In this document: one piece after another, positions 1 to 11,940 of the stretch
Layout of the letters: the number at the start of each line of letters is the position of its first letter
Position numbering within the stretch: position 1 is the stretch's first letter
DNA from: Octopus bimaculoides
Taxonomy: Eukaryota
Reading direction: 5' to 3'
Assembly: GCF_001194135.2 (NCBI RefSeq)
Contig: NC_068987.1
Coordinates: 28,550,991-28,614,990, forward strand
Length of the DNA stretch: 64,000 nt
Notes under the pieces: generated by a model
Database searches by the model: none
Seen by the model: only the letters and a program-made list of their open reading frames with translations
Told to the model about the DNA's origin: nothing
Program-made: the position numbers and the translations under genes

Positions 1-43
1 GGTAGACGGAAAGTGAAAGAAGCCCGTCGTATATATGTATATA

Positions 44-83
<40 letters not shown>

Positions 84-270
84 TGCATCTGTGTTTGCCC
101 CCCCCCCCAACATCGCTTGAGAACCGATACTGGTGTGTTTACGTCCCTGTAACTTAGTGGTTCGTCAAAAGAGCCTGATAGAATAAGTACTAGGCTTCCA
201 AAGAATAAGTCCTGGGGTCGATTTGCTCGACTAAAGGCGGTGCTCCAGCATGGCTGCACCTCAAAGAATA
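1..270 (+). mobile_element. SINE family A (tRNA-headed, internal TA/TG microsatellite), 5' end cut by window edge
   Basis: GGTAGACGGAAA.TGAAAGAAGCCCGTCG, then a microsatellite, then ACATCGCTTGA...AATAAGTCCTGGGGTCGATTTGCTCGACTAAAGGCGGTGCTCCAGCATGG. Matches the reverse complement of the copies at 27481 and 33607. Confidence 0.9.
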
Positions 271-539
271 GAATGAAAATAGCATCTAAATGTAGATATG
301 ATTAATAATGTATCTTAAGAGATGCTCTCAATATTAAACGAGATGAACATATTTCCATCTGTACAAGTTTATATCAGCATCTACGTAACGAAACCCAAAT
401 ATGCGTTAAAATGTCGCTATCCAATAACCGACTAACGCAACAACATTCATGAGTCTCTGTCGGGCAAATACTGTTTAACTATTTCCCAACAACAAACATA
501 ATATTTATGGACACCTATACTAGAATACTGTTTTCACCA

Positions 540-700
540 CATCTTCAAGAATATCTGACCAAAGGTACAATGTAACATCTAGCAAAAATAAAGATCGGGT
601 TATATAGCTTTAACTTGTTTATACAACTAATATCTAATACATGGGCAAAATTTATGACTGCTTTAAACGATCAATCATAGCTAATTATGGGAAAATCAAA
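540..700 (+). pseudogene. Possible decayed GIY-YIG endonuclease fragment (Penelope-like)
   Basis: One frame reads KNKDRVI*L*LVYTTNI*YMGKIYDCFKRS, resembling VIY..C..C...YIG.T...F..R. Several stops; by-eye match only. Confidence 0.25.
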
Positions 701-830
701 CTACAAAGCTATTGATTGTCATGGATATATAGCCTGTATGCGAGCTGGTCGTCAGATTTCTTGCATAAACGATCGATCATCCCCAATTAAGGAGTTGTTT
801 CATAATTTTTAAATTTTTCCTATGTATAAA

Positions 831-887
<57 letters not shown>

Positions 888-1147
888 GTATATATATATA
901 CACATTTAGATATATATACACTTATACATATAAATATATATGCATTTATATATATAAAGGCATATAATATATTTATGTATATGTATATATATATGTATGT
1001 ACATATGTATGTATATATATATATATGTATTATATATACACATACATATACATATATATACACATATATATAAATACATATATATACACGTACATACCTA
1101 TACATATGGATATTATGCATTATTTGCGTATATATGTACATATATAT

Positions 1148-1503
1148 NNNNNNNNNNNNNNNNNNNNNNNNNNNNNNNNNNNNNNNNNNNNNNNNNNNNN
1201 NNNNNNNNNNNNNNNNNNNNNNNNNNNNNNNNNNNNNNNNNNNNNNNNNNNNNNNNNNNNNNNNNNNNNNNNNNNNNNNNNNNNNNNNNNNNNNNNNNNN
1301 NNNNNNNNNNNNNNNNNNNNNNNNNNNNNNNNNNNNNNNNNNNNNNNNNNNNNNNNNNNNNNNNNNNNNNNNNNNNNNNNNNNNNNNNNNNNNNNNNNNN
1401 NNNNNNNNNNNNNNNNNNNNNNNNNNNNNNNNNNNNNNNNNNNNNNNNNNNNNNNNNNNNNNNNNNNNNNNNNNNNNNNNNNNNNNNNNNNNNNNNNNNN
1501 NNN
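1148..1503. other. Assembly gap, one of 12. Others: 4457-4483, 7634-8497, 9395-9456, 12475-13159, 14884-15198, 16561-17387, 25789-26229, 28273-28783, 46747-46756, 56387-56396, 60680-61180
   Basis: N runs, mostly bordered by (TA)n. Confidence 0.99.
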
Positions 1504-2663
1504 TATATATATATATATATGTTCGTGTATGAACGTATGTATGTATTCCCCAGCTTAAACCTAATTTCCGCCAATGAAAATTACGCAAAAAATGATGCAA
1601 TAAAACATACAGTTCATTTCTCTGGTTAAGTATAAATATGTTTCCTCTTCGTTTCACGAGCAAAGAATTATAGCGCGTACGACAAGAATTTAAATCTTAA
1701 TCGACGCGTACATACGTGTTTTCTACAAATCCCTTAATATATTTCACGTTGAATAATCATGTTATTTTGCAAGATTATTTTGGCAAATCCCATTAGTGCT
1801 TTTGTTTCCTTGCAATGTGTATTAGAAGGTAAAAACAATATTGTGGTTTTAAAGGTATCTTTTATAAGATATGCTACTGTGAACAGCAGTAGATGATTTC
1901 CAAGATCTGTACTTAATGGGATATCAACAATCTTTCTTCTCGCATTGCAATCTGATGGAACATAAATGCTCCATGCTAGTTGACTACTGGAATGATAGCT
2001 TTCCCTGCAATCTATATTAAAGTCTTTTATATAAACGTAGGTAGTATATTTTTTGATATCTCTGATTTGTAGTATCTAATTATCGTCGCATAACAATATC
2101 GTCGCTAGTTTTATCTTTATAGATATTGTATGTTATCTTTAGCAATACAATTTCGAAATATACTTGACATTTGACGAGACTAACGCTCACGTTCATATAA
2201 CAGTTTGTTTAGGGAGTTTAGTTTGGGTAATATTTCTAACATTCTTTATGGCAATGCATTAAAAAAAAAACATTGTTATTTTTTTATCATTGAATGCATT
2301 ATAAATATTTTTATATTTGAGGAGCGATAACGGATCTACAAACACAGCAGTTGTGTTTCACTTCAGTTTTTGGTTATATAACCATTTGGATTGCATTAGT
2401 GGATTGGATTGTATAAATTTTTCATCACAAATTGTGTAGTGAAATTTTCGGGAAATATAATGAGAATGATTTTTATAACTAAAGTTTAACAAATTTATAT
2501 GCAGTTTTTACTACCCTTAAATACAAAAATATTGCTTTCAACACCCACTTTCAAGTCAAATTAATTTAAAACAACTTCAAATGTGAAATATCAAAATTAT
2601 GTATATTTTATAGAATATTGAAACGCTCGCTGCTGTGCTAACACTATTATTGTTGCTCATCGG

Positions 2664-2722
2664 TATATATAAAAAAAAAATACAAAGACCACGAGAAAAT
2701 GGCGGACAATGTAGGAAAGTAA
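2664..2722 (+). promoter_or_regulatory. Candidate core promoter: TATA-like box plus YY1/Pho-type AAAATGGCGG motif
   Basis: TATATATAAA at 2664-2673, AAAATGGCGG at 2696-2705, followed by about 700 bp of CpG-rich non-repetitive sequence. Confidence 0.35.
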
Positions 2723-4329
2723 ATGTTTAGATATATCTGTATGCGATTATGAGACTGAATTTAGAGGACTATATATAAACAGGTACTTTCTTACTACAAT
2801 ACTTTGCTTTATGATGGAATGGAAAACAGGGTTATGCAGCCAGTTAAATGCCAAGCATGTCTTCTACCTTTTAGAAATGAGAGGAAGCGGATCGTTTGAC
2901 CGTCTTAAAGGACTCTTAAGACTGGCGGGTGATCTCTATAATTCACAAAAATAGTGACACATCGATGTTCATCGCTCCCGAATGGGATTTAGGACGAGAT
3001 GTCTCGTCTGTCTATCACCTTCATCTGTTATAACACCCGGCACTTTGAACGTGTCATCGCCAACTCGCGAACCTAGCCTACCGGTGAACAAATCTGTGTT
3101 GGTACGTTGAGTATTAGACTATGTTTACAACACTAGGTTTGATTTCAGTTCATATTTGAATTTATTGCCACCTCGTTGCGGCATACCAGCAAAAATCTTT
3201 AACATTATTTCTATATAGTCATGGACTGGTGATTCAGTTCGCTTCCAGTTCGGTTCAGGTACCTGATGTTGGGATGTTGCCCATCGCTCCTGAATGTGAT
3301 CTGTGGTGATTTGCCTCTCTTGTCTATGACTTTCAGGTGTTCTATCACCGAATGCTTTGCGGGAAGCATCTCCACCGCATTAATTTGCAGCCTGGCGGAA
3401 GAGAAGCGGCTAGATTGCATTGAGTGTTCGTATTGGATAATGTTTACATCACTAGCGGTGCTTGTGATTTATATTTGAATGTGCGTGTATGTATGCATTG
3501 TATGTGTGTGTGTATAGACACATATATATAATAATCTGCTTGTTTGTTCGCCCCTAATACATTAGTTAGAGAGGTGGAAATTGATTGTGTGTGTGAGAGA
3601 GTGGAAGGAATGTAGAAAGAAGAAATGGAGAAATAGGGAAATTGATACGCTTAGGCCAAATGGTCACGTGTACAGCTGAAGGTAGAAGCGAAGGAGGAGA
3701 GAAAAAGAGGGTGAGAGAAGTGTTAACGACGTGCGTTGGGGTGGAGAATGAATACTTACTACGTTGTCAAAAAGTTAGCTGAAGGGAAAGTTAGATGGAG
3801 AGAGAGAGAGACGTGGGTGGCAGTTATATTGAGAGACAAACAGAAAGACCGACAGGCAGAAAGTGCTAGATAGGTGTGGTGGTAGTGGTGGTGCATTGAT
3901 AATAACGCAATGTTTTTTTTTCTTTTTGAACTAATTTTTTATAGCATCCATCGCTTAACGCATAAGTCCAATTTTTTATCGTCTGCTCGCTTTAAAATTG
4001 ATATTTGTATATAAGGGTTAATGTAGCCTAAACTCTGGATTTACAAGGAACAGGACTGCAAGCTGCCCGACAAAGAAGAATACGCAGATATACAGCACGG
4101 ATTAGAGAAGAAAAGCGATAAAATATAGTAAAATGAGGAAAAACACCAATGGTGACGTGAGGAAATAAATGTAGACGGACGTCAAAAATACTGAAAGGCA
4201 TAAACTATGAATGCTATAAAAATGCAAATCCTCCATTCTTTCTTAAATAGGTCTTCTTAATTTATTCCTTCCGTGGAATTTACACGTGACCTACTAGTAT
4301 ATATATACATATATATATAACGACAAAAG

Positions 4330-4487
4330 TACTTAAGTACTTATTCAATTTTGTTTGCCCAATCGCTAAGTTACAGACAAACAAAGTTACCGTAACATAA
4401 ATACACCAGAACCGCTTGTTTAGCAGTGGTGAGGCACACAAACGGACATATATATANNNNNNNNNNNNNNNNNNNNNNNNNNNTATA

Positions 4488-4526
<39 letters not shown>

Positions 4527-4803
4527 ATATATATATATATCATATATATACATGCAAACATACACACGCCCACACATACACACACATACACGTGCGCATG
4601 CGTACACACACACTCACACACAAACACACACACATATACGACGGTCTATTTTCAGTTTATGTCTACCAAATCCACTTGGAAGGTTTTGGACGGCCCGAGG
4701 ATACAGTAGAAGACACCTGCCCAACAAGCTACACCATGAAGCTGAACCTGGAATCATGTTACTATGAACGAAACTTCCTACTACCCAGCCAGGCCTACGC
4801 CTG
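4330..4803 (-). mobile_element. SINE family A, diverged copy containing a gap
   Basis: Same block order as 27481-27881: ...CGCTAAGTTAC...microsatellite...TTTCAGTTT.TGTCTACCAAATCCAC...GGCCCGAGG.TA.AGTAGAAGACAC.TGCCCAA. Confidence 0.8.
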
Positions 4804-4879
4804 TCTATGAGTGTTTGCGTATGTGTTTCTGTATGTGTATATCTGTGTATGTGTGAATAAAAAAATATATTTATATAGA

Positions 4880-5011
4880 TAGATAGACATACATACATAC
4901 ATACATATATACATACATACATATATACATACATACATATATACATACATACATATATACATACATACATATATACATACATACATATATACATACATAC
5001 ATATATACATA
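4880..5011. repeat. Compound (ATAC)n/(AT)n tandem repeat, unit about ATATATACATACATAC
   Basis: Read directly from sequence. Confidence 0.9.
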
Positions 5012-5389
5012 CGTGCATAGTAGTTACTTTGCTGTGCCTTTTGATCGGAATCAGTTAAGCAGGATACATCTTCTTTAGCATAAGAAGTTTAACAACGGAA
5101 ATGGGATTGCGAAGAGGAAGATAAACCATCGAAGAGATCTCTTCCATATCTAACTGACTATTTACAATTTATTGCAGAACCTATTTTCAATATGTGTGGG
5201 TGTTTGTATTTATGAATGTGAGTGAAGTTTACTTTTGTTATATTGACAGGTGGAGATTTTGCTGCTCTTAGATACAATTTCTCTGTTTTCTCATTTCCTT
5301 CCTGTATAAATATTTCCTTGTTTTTATTTCAAACTTTTTAATAGTTTGTGTTAATTTATACATTTACTACCATTAGTATATATTCCCAA

Positions 5390-5584
5390 TTTTCGCCCAG
5401 GGCCTGAAAATTTGGGTGGGTATTAATCGGTCACACTGACCTCAGTGCTCAAATATTATTTATTTTATCGATACCCGAAAAGACAACGTCAACCTCGGTG
5501 GAATTTGAACACAGAACGTAAAGACGTATAAAATTCCACTAAGCATTATTTCCCAGCGTGCTTACAGCTCCCCCTTTGCTCGCC
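5390..5584 (-). mobile_element. SINE family B (GGCGGCGAGCTGGCAGAA head)
   Basis: TTTATCGA, GGAATTTGAACACAGAACGTAAAGACG (B-box reverse complement), CTAAGCATT, GCTCGCC. Confidence 0.75.
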
Positions 5585-5608
5585 ATCTTTCTTACGATCA
5601 ATGATATT

Positions 5609-5812
5609 AGTTTCAAACTTTGGTACAAGGCTAACAATTTCGGTGGAATCGATTACATTGACACCAGGATTCAACTGGTGTTTTTTTTATCGACTTCTGA
5701 AATATGAAACTTAATGTCAACATCGGCCGAATTTGAACTCAGAACGTAAAAACGGACAAAATGCTGCTAAATATTTTTCCTGGCGTTCTAGCTGTTCTGC
5801 ATGCTCGATGCC
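5609..5812 (-). mobile_element. SINE family B
   Basis: GTTTCAAA.TTTGG.ACAAGG...CGATTACAT.GAC...CGAATTTGAACTCAGAACGTAA; tandem with the previous copy. Confidence 0.8.
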
Positions 5813-7406
5813 TTATTCATGATCATTAATATTAGTATTACTTTTGTTATTCAGTTGTTTCTAGGGTGAGGGATAGAGTAGGATAATGTTACAAAGTTGA
5901 AGACATTCGTTACGTATTGATAATACGTTTCAAACTACGATTAAAATGGTTATCTATAATATAATTTTTGTATCTTGTATTAGATTACTACGCATTTGCT
6001 TATAGTTTATAATATAATATATTTGTTTGTGATGTATTTGCTTATGATTACTACTAAAACAATCATATGTACACGAATAAAATAAACGATTGGAATAAAA
6101 GCGGAAGCATGGGTATACTAGCGATCCGTACAAATAAATTGCAGTGGTGTTGCCACAGGCAGACGTACGGCTAAACTAAGGTTCATACTATTGCACTCTG
6201 ATTCAGTTACCAGCCCTAGCATTAGTTGATAAGTATTGTACATATGATATTCTCAGTCAGTCCTTCTATTGATCCGTCTCACTTATCGAGCGCAAATAGA
6301 TAAATCCACACAAACAAACACAAACATAAACATTCCATATAATAACGATGGGAGATAGAATACATTCAAAGACTTCAAAGACCCTCGGCTATCACGTCTC
6401 TTCGACGAAGCAATTTGATTATTTGAAATATTTTAATTATATTTATGAATTAATACTGATAATTATATTTGTTATTTATTTATTGCCCACAGTCGATTGC
6501 TAATACAAACTCGACTTCAGTTCAGTAGATTATATATTAATGATAATGCTTTTATACACGAATATATTTCTGATGCATGCAAATGATAATTGTAAACGTC
6601 AACGCTAATATGGATATTGCATTCATATTCATAATACGGAAGATATAAATGAGCCCTTCCTACATAAACAGTGCTTCGAGAGGAAAATATTATCATCCCA
6701 AATCGTTTATTGCATTACACAGTTGCGACAGAATTTTTTTTTTTAATATATGAACGCTTGTGCATGTTATTAGGATTTGCGTTTTCTCGCTGATTGTATT
6801 TTCATGTAAATCCAGAAAAGTTGGAGAATCTGTAAATCTAATCGACAGACAAGTGACATTTACATATATAGTCTCATGACGAAAAGTTCAAAACCATGTT
6901 TTCCAATTATATGGAAACGGAGCGCAAAGTTATTGTAGCTTGATTATTTGAGAACGTATAGATCTTTCTTTATCTTTGCTTGATTTATTAATATGGTTGA
7001 GTTTGACTAAATCTGCATGAATATAAAAAAAGGAAACTATATTACAAGAAATTATATATTCATGTTCAGTCATTTCATGGAAATTGATCTTTGAGTCACT
7101 ATGAGATTCATTGATAAATAATACTTTCAACAAGTATAAATTTATTCCTTACATAAATAATTAACGAAACTATATTGCACTAATATATTTTAGCAGTAGA
7201 AAAATATAAGCTATATATGTATGATTTAACCGTCAATGGACCTCTCTCAAATGAAAATAAATGAATTGCAATTGACCTAAGAACAATATATTGTTTAGTA
7301 ATCTCTAACTATCGAGAGAATTATATACATACACACACACACAAGCACACGCACATGCACACGCACATGCACATGCACACACACGCACACACACACACAC
7401 ACACAC

Positions 7407-7616
7407 ATAGGTGTGTATGAAGATGTATATCACAAACATTTGTGTATTTGGCTCACGATCGTGGGGCCAAGGATCTGATTTCACATCCTCAGGCCAAATA
7501 AAGTCAGAGACACTATGGTATACTGTATATATCGAATTTCATATTTGTACATAAAATAGAGCCAGCACAAATGATACGTGGTAAAAATATGTGTTGTTGA
7601 AATTTACGAATAATAT
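7407..7616 (+). repeat. Left arm of a ~210-bp inverted repeat pair
   Basis: Aligns by eye (roughly 80%) to the reverse complement of 10151-10360, including an identical AAGTCAGAGACACTATGGTATAC. Confidence 0.85.
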
Positions 7617-8497
7617 ATATATATATATATATANNNNNNNNNNNNNNNNNNNNNNNNNNNNNNNNNNNNNNNNNNNNNNNNNNNNNNNNNNNNNNNNNNN
7701 NNNNNNNNNNNNNNNNNNNNNNNNNNNNNNNNNNNNNNNNNNNNNNNNNNNNNNNNNNNNNNNNNNNNNNNNNNNNNNNNNNNNNNNNNNNNNNNNNNNN
7801 NNNNNNNNNNNNNNNNNNNNNNNNNNNNNNNNNNNNNNNNNNNNNNNNNNNNNNNNNNNNNNNNNNNNNNNNNNNNNNNNNNNNNNNNNNNNNNNNNNNN
7901 NNNNNNNNNNNNNNNNNNNNNNNNNNNNNNNNNNNNNNNNNNNNNNNNNNNNNNNNNNNNNNNNNNNNNNNNNNNNNNNNNNNNNNNNNNNNNNNNNNNN
8001 NNNNNNNNNNNNNNNNNNNNNNNNNNNNNNNNNNNNNNNNNNNNNNNNNNNNNNNNNNNNNNNNNNNNNNNNNNNNNNNNNNNNNNNNNNNNNNNNNNNN
8101 NNNNNNNNNNNNNNNNNNNNNNNNNNNNNNNNNNNNNNNNNNNNNNNNNNNNNNNNNNNNNNNNNNNNNNNNNNNNNNNNNNNNNNNNNNNNNNNNNNNN
8201 NNNNNNNNNNNNNNNNNNNNNNNNNNNNNNNNNNNNNNNNNNNNNNNNNNNNNNNNNNNNNNNNNNNNNNNNNNNNNNNNNNNNNNNNNNNNNNNNNNNN
8301 NNNNNNNNNNNNNNNNNNNNNNNNNNNNNNNNNNNNNNNNNNNNNNNNNNNNNNNNNNNNNNNNNNNNNNNNNNNNNNNNNNNNNNNNNNNNNNNNNNNN
8401 NNNNNNNNNNNNNNNNNNNNNNNNNNNNNNNNNNNNNNNNNNNNNNNNNNNNNNNNNNNNNNNNNNNNNNNNNNNNNNNNNNNNNNNNNNNNNNNNN

Positions 8498-8765
8498 CCC
8501 TTAACGTAGTTCTCGGGGATATTCAGCGTGGCACGGTGTGACAAGGCTGACCCTTTGAATTACAGGCACAACAGAAACAGGAAGTAAGAGTAAGAGAAAG
8601 TTGTGGTGAAAGAGTACAGCAGGGTTCGCCACCATCCCCTGCCGGAACCTTGTGGAGCTTTAGGTGTTTTTGCTCAATAAACACTCACAACGCCCGGTCT
8701 GGGAATCGAAACCACGATCCTATGACCGTGAGTCCGCTGCCCTAACCACTGGGCCATTGCGCCTC
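8498..8765 (-). mobile_element. SINE family C (tRNA-Arg-like head, probably the octopus OR-type SINE); 3' end lost in gap
   Basis: Near-identical to the reverse complement of 23737-24005. Head GGCGCAATGGCCCAGTGGTTAGGGCAGCGGACTC...GTTTCGATTCCC carries A and B boxes. Confidence 0.9.
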
Positions 8766-8828
8766 TACGCTTCGGAGAAAAACCTACACAATATACAGGG
8801 TGTTCGGGAGAAAAACCTACACAATATA

Positions 8829-9200
8829 CAGGGTGTTCCATCCCAAAATAAAAGATAAAATTTAAAACAGATAAAAACCGGTAAACTAGATTATGATTGG
8901 AAGACAATAATTTAGTCAGAGTAGCTGCATTCAGGTTGCAACAAGGTAAACATTAAGCTAGAGCTAGTACCTCCTCAAACACCACCTTAATTTTAGCTAT
9001 CAACTGGTCTTTGGTGTCTTAGGCTGAGCGGATGGTGTCTTATGCAGCTGGCCCCAAACGTAAGTAATCCTTGGGATTACGTTTGGTGTGGGATTATTAG
9101 AAGGCCAGAAATCGGGGCTGGTGAAGCCGTAGGAATAACTTTTCCTATATTCAGATAGCATCCATTGCTCCTTGTCACCTAACTCTTTTTCAGTCAAAAC
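8829..9200 (-). mobile_element. Tc1/mariner transposase relic, C-terminal part plus terminal inverted repeat
   Basis: FTSPDFWPSNNP...ITYVWG resembles WPPxSPDLNPLDYxVWG, followed by LIAKIKVVFEE. Ends in CACCCTG-TA, a typical TA-flanked TIR end. Confidence 0.75.
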
Positions 9201-10150
9201 TTTAATGTTTGTGCTCTCCGATGCTGTTGAATGTTCACCAATACGTGAAGCTTTTTAAAAAAAAAAAATTAAGAAATAAAATATCATCAATTTTTATCTC
9301 GAACACACATGCACACGCACACGAAGCAGAGCACGCACACACGCACATACATACACACATACATATTTTCACACACGCACACAAACACATTCATNNNNNN
9401 NNNNNNNNNNNNNNNNNNNNNNNNNNNNNNNNNNNNNNNNNNNNNNNNNNNNNNNNATATATATATGTTGCTTTAACATATATATCTAAACTGAAGTAAT
9501 TTCAAATTTATATTTCTATGGTGATGTTTAGCCAAGCATATTTCAGTTTATATTCCCGTAGAGCTTAACTTTCAACAGGGCCTATTTGATTTTGAAATGA
9601 GGCCTTTTGTAAGATTCCTTAAATATCTCATTCATTTTTACACGAAGATTCAAATAAATAAAATCTTGTACTTTTACAAGTTTTTTTTTTTATTTTACAA
9701 TTTTTTCTCTGTAAACTATTATACAAATAGACTTTCTTTAACTAAAACCATACAAAATTCCTCAAGCATCTTGTAAAGTAATACTGCAATCACTTGTAAC
9801 TGATGAGGTGTTTGCATGTTCAAAAATACATATTATTTTATGGCTGCTTCGTTTCACAACTCTTTATTAAATGAGTCACAGTGCTAAATCTTAGCAATAT
9901 GAAGGACAAGTTTGCCTTTATAATCACGCAATTTTCTGTGCCATTCTTACTGTTACGATATACAAATTGAACAATCAACTATTTTATGGCAAACTCAATG
10001 TTAATCAGTGAAATAAAATAAATAGATATGCTGTGTTCATGCTTTTATATATTTATATAAAATGACATGTTTAAACTCTGATAGGTCGGTGGTAATAGTT
10101 GCTGAAAAACTCTTTAAAACATTGAAACAAGAATGCAAGAAAAAACTGTA

Positions 10151-10360
10151 ATATTATTTGTAAATTTCAACAAAACAACTTTTTACCCCATCTCATTTGT
10201 GCTGACTGTATCTCATGTACAAATATAAAATTCGATACATATTGTATACCATAGTGTCTCTGACTTGAGTAAACTTGAGGATGTGGAATCAGATCGGTGG
10301 CTCCCCGATCGTGAGTCAAATACACAAACTTTTGTGATACGCATCTCCATACACACCTAT
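10151..10360 (-). repeat. Right arm of the ~210-bp inverted repeat pair
   Basis: Partner of 7407-7616. Confidence 0.85.
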
Positions 10361-10462
10361 ATATACGTATACACATGCGTACCAATATACGTATGTATAC
10401 ACATTCACATATATAAATATACGTACATTATGTATGCATATGTATATATATTCTTATTAAAA

Positions 10463-11036
10463 GGCGGTGAACTGGCAGAATCGTTAGCATGCCGGGCAAA
10501 ATGCTTAGCGGTATTTCATCAGTCGCTACGTTCTTAGTTCAATTCCGCTGAGGTTGACTTGCCTTTTTTTCCTTTCGGGGTCGATAAAATAAGCTCCAGA
10601 TGTACACAGAGGTCGATGTAATCCACATAATCCCTTACCCAGAATTGTCTAGTGGTATTTCGCCCGTCGCTGCGTTATAAGTACTAATCTCGCTGAGGTC
10701 AACTTTGCTTTTCGTGGCTGATAAAGTAAGTACAATTTGAACACTGAAGTCCATGTAATCGACAAATCCCCTCCCTCAAAATGACTGCCCTCGTGGAAAC
10801 TTTGAAACCATTATTATTAATATTATTATTAAGGCCACGAGCTGGCAGAATCGTTAACATACCGGGAACAATGCTTAGCGGCATTTCATCTGTCTTTACG
10901 TTGTGAGTCCAACGTCAAACTTGCATTTCATTCTTTCGCGGTCGATAAAAAGGTACCAGTTAAACACTGGGGTTGATGTAAATGACTTATCCCATTCCTC
11001 AAAACTGCTGCCCTTGTAGCAAAATTTGAAACCATT
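10463..11036 (+). mobile_element. Three head-to-tail SINE family B copies (10463-10650, 5'-truncated 10651-10810, 10831-11036)
   Basis: Repeated GGCAGAATCGTTA, TGCTTAGCGG, CGATAAA, AA.TGCTGCCCT.GT...AA.TTTGAAACC blocks. Confidence 0.85.
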
Positions 11037-11049
11037 ATCATTATTATTA

Positions 11050-11400
11050 GTGAGTGAGAGAGCAGTCCATGCCACCAAAATGATACTGGGGTAAAATATA
11101 CGAAGCCCAGTACACACGGCATGACCAACCGTCTGATAAGTGTACACCAAGTACATGTATCACAACCCCATGGTCGAGTAGGCCATCACAAACAAATGGT
11201 CTCTTAATAGGGGTTGTTTAAGAATGATGAACAAATCACTAACGTTTCCAGAGGTGAATTATTCAAACCTGAAAGATGTTCCCCATCTGCGCTCGTGATC
11301 AGAGTTACACATATCATCATCCACAAAACATGCTCAACTGTTTAACGTCAAGCAACTAATAAGTAAATCTGTGGTATTGCGCAGGACATTTGCTGCGGCC
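11050..11400 (+). repeat. Interspersed repeat recalled as common in octopus DNA (GAGTGAGAGAGCAGT...CTGTGGTATTG); class uncertain
   Basis: Recognition from memory only; no second copy in this window. Confidence 0.4.
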
Positions 11401-11496
11401 CATCCATTTATAACAAAACAAAAGACTGTACATGATAAATCATTCAATCATTTAAGACCAAAAGCCATGGGAGGCAATATCTGGTACTCAATAAGC

Positions 11497-11609
11497 TCTT
11501 CTTCTTCTTCTTCTTCTTCTTCTTCTTCTTCTTCTTCTTCTTCTTCTTCTTCTTCTTCTTCTTCTTCTTCTTCTTCTTCTTCTTCTTCTTCTTCTTCTTC
11601 TTCTTCTTC
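11497..11609. repeat. (CTT)n microsatellite
   Basis: Perfect tract; explains the poly-S, poly-K and poly-E ORFs. Confidence 0.98.
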
Positions 11610-11729
11610 AGATCCATATACATCACCGATCACCGCTAAATATCAAACAAGAACAAATGCATCATTAACAACATTAAAAATATCTCAACGAACATGCAAC
11701 AGAAAGATTATTAGTCAAATAAGCAATTT

Positions 11730-11940
11730 CAAATTAGGGACAATACTGACAGGTTTGAGGGTCTGATATTCGATAAAACGGTCTCCTAACTGGACGAGTG
11801 GTACTTTGTTTTGCTTTGTTGAGCCAGAGAGAGGAGATGAAATGAAAGCTTGAGCTCAGCACGAGTTAAATTGGTAAATGAAAGAATCCGGGGAAATATC
11901 ATATGTTAATTTTCAATGTTCTAATGATTCTGCCAATTCG
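11730..11940 (-). mobile_element. Highly diverged SINE family B copy
   Basis: GTGGTACTT, GATGAAA, CTAATGATTCTGCCAATTCG at expected spacing. Confidence 0.45.

Noticed and set aside
715-760. Minus-strand CTGACGA as a hammerhead core
   Set aside because: No GAAA after the putative stem II and no stem I partner.
809-1663. Long Y/I/H/T/V-rich ORFs spanning N gaps (also at 7.5, 12.4, 14.8, 16.4, 25.6, 28.1 and 60.4 kb)
   Set aside because: Translations of (TA)n/(CA)n tracts plus N runs that hide stop codons.
3211-3420. 69-aa minus ORF (MQSSRFSSARLQINAVEML...)
   Set aside because: No recognisable family; short ORFs are expected in a GC-richer block. Treated as part of the promoter-like island.
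11371-11766. Poly-Ser, poly-Lys and poly-Glu ORFs
   Set aside because: (CTT)n microsatellite.
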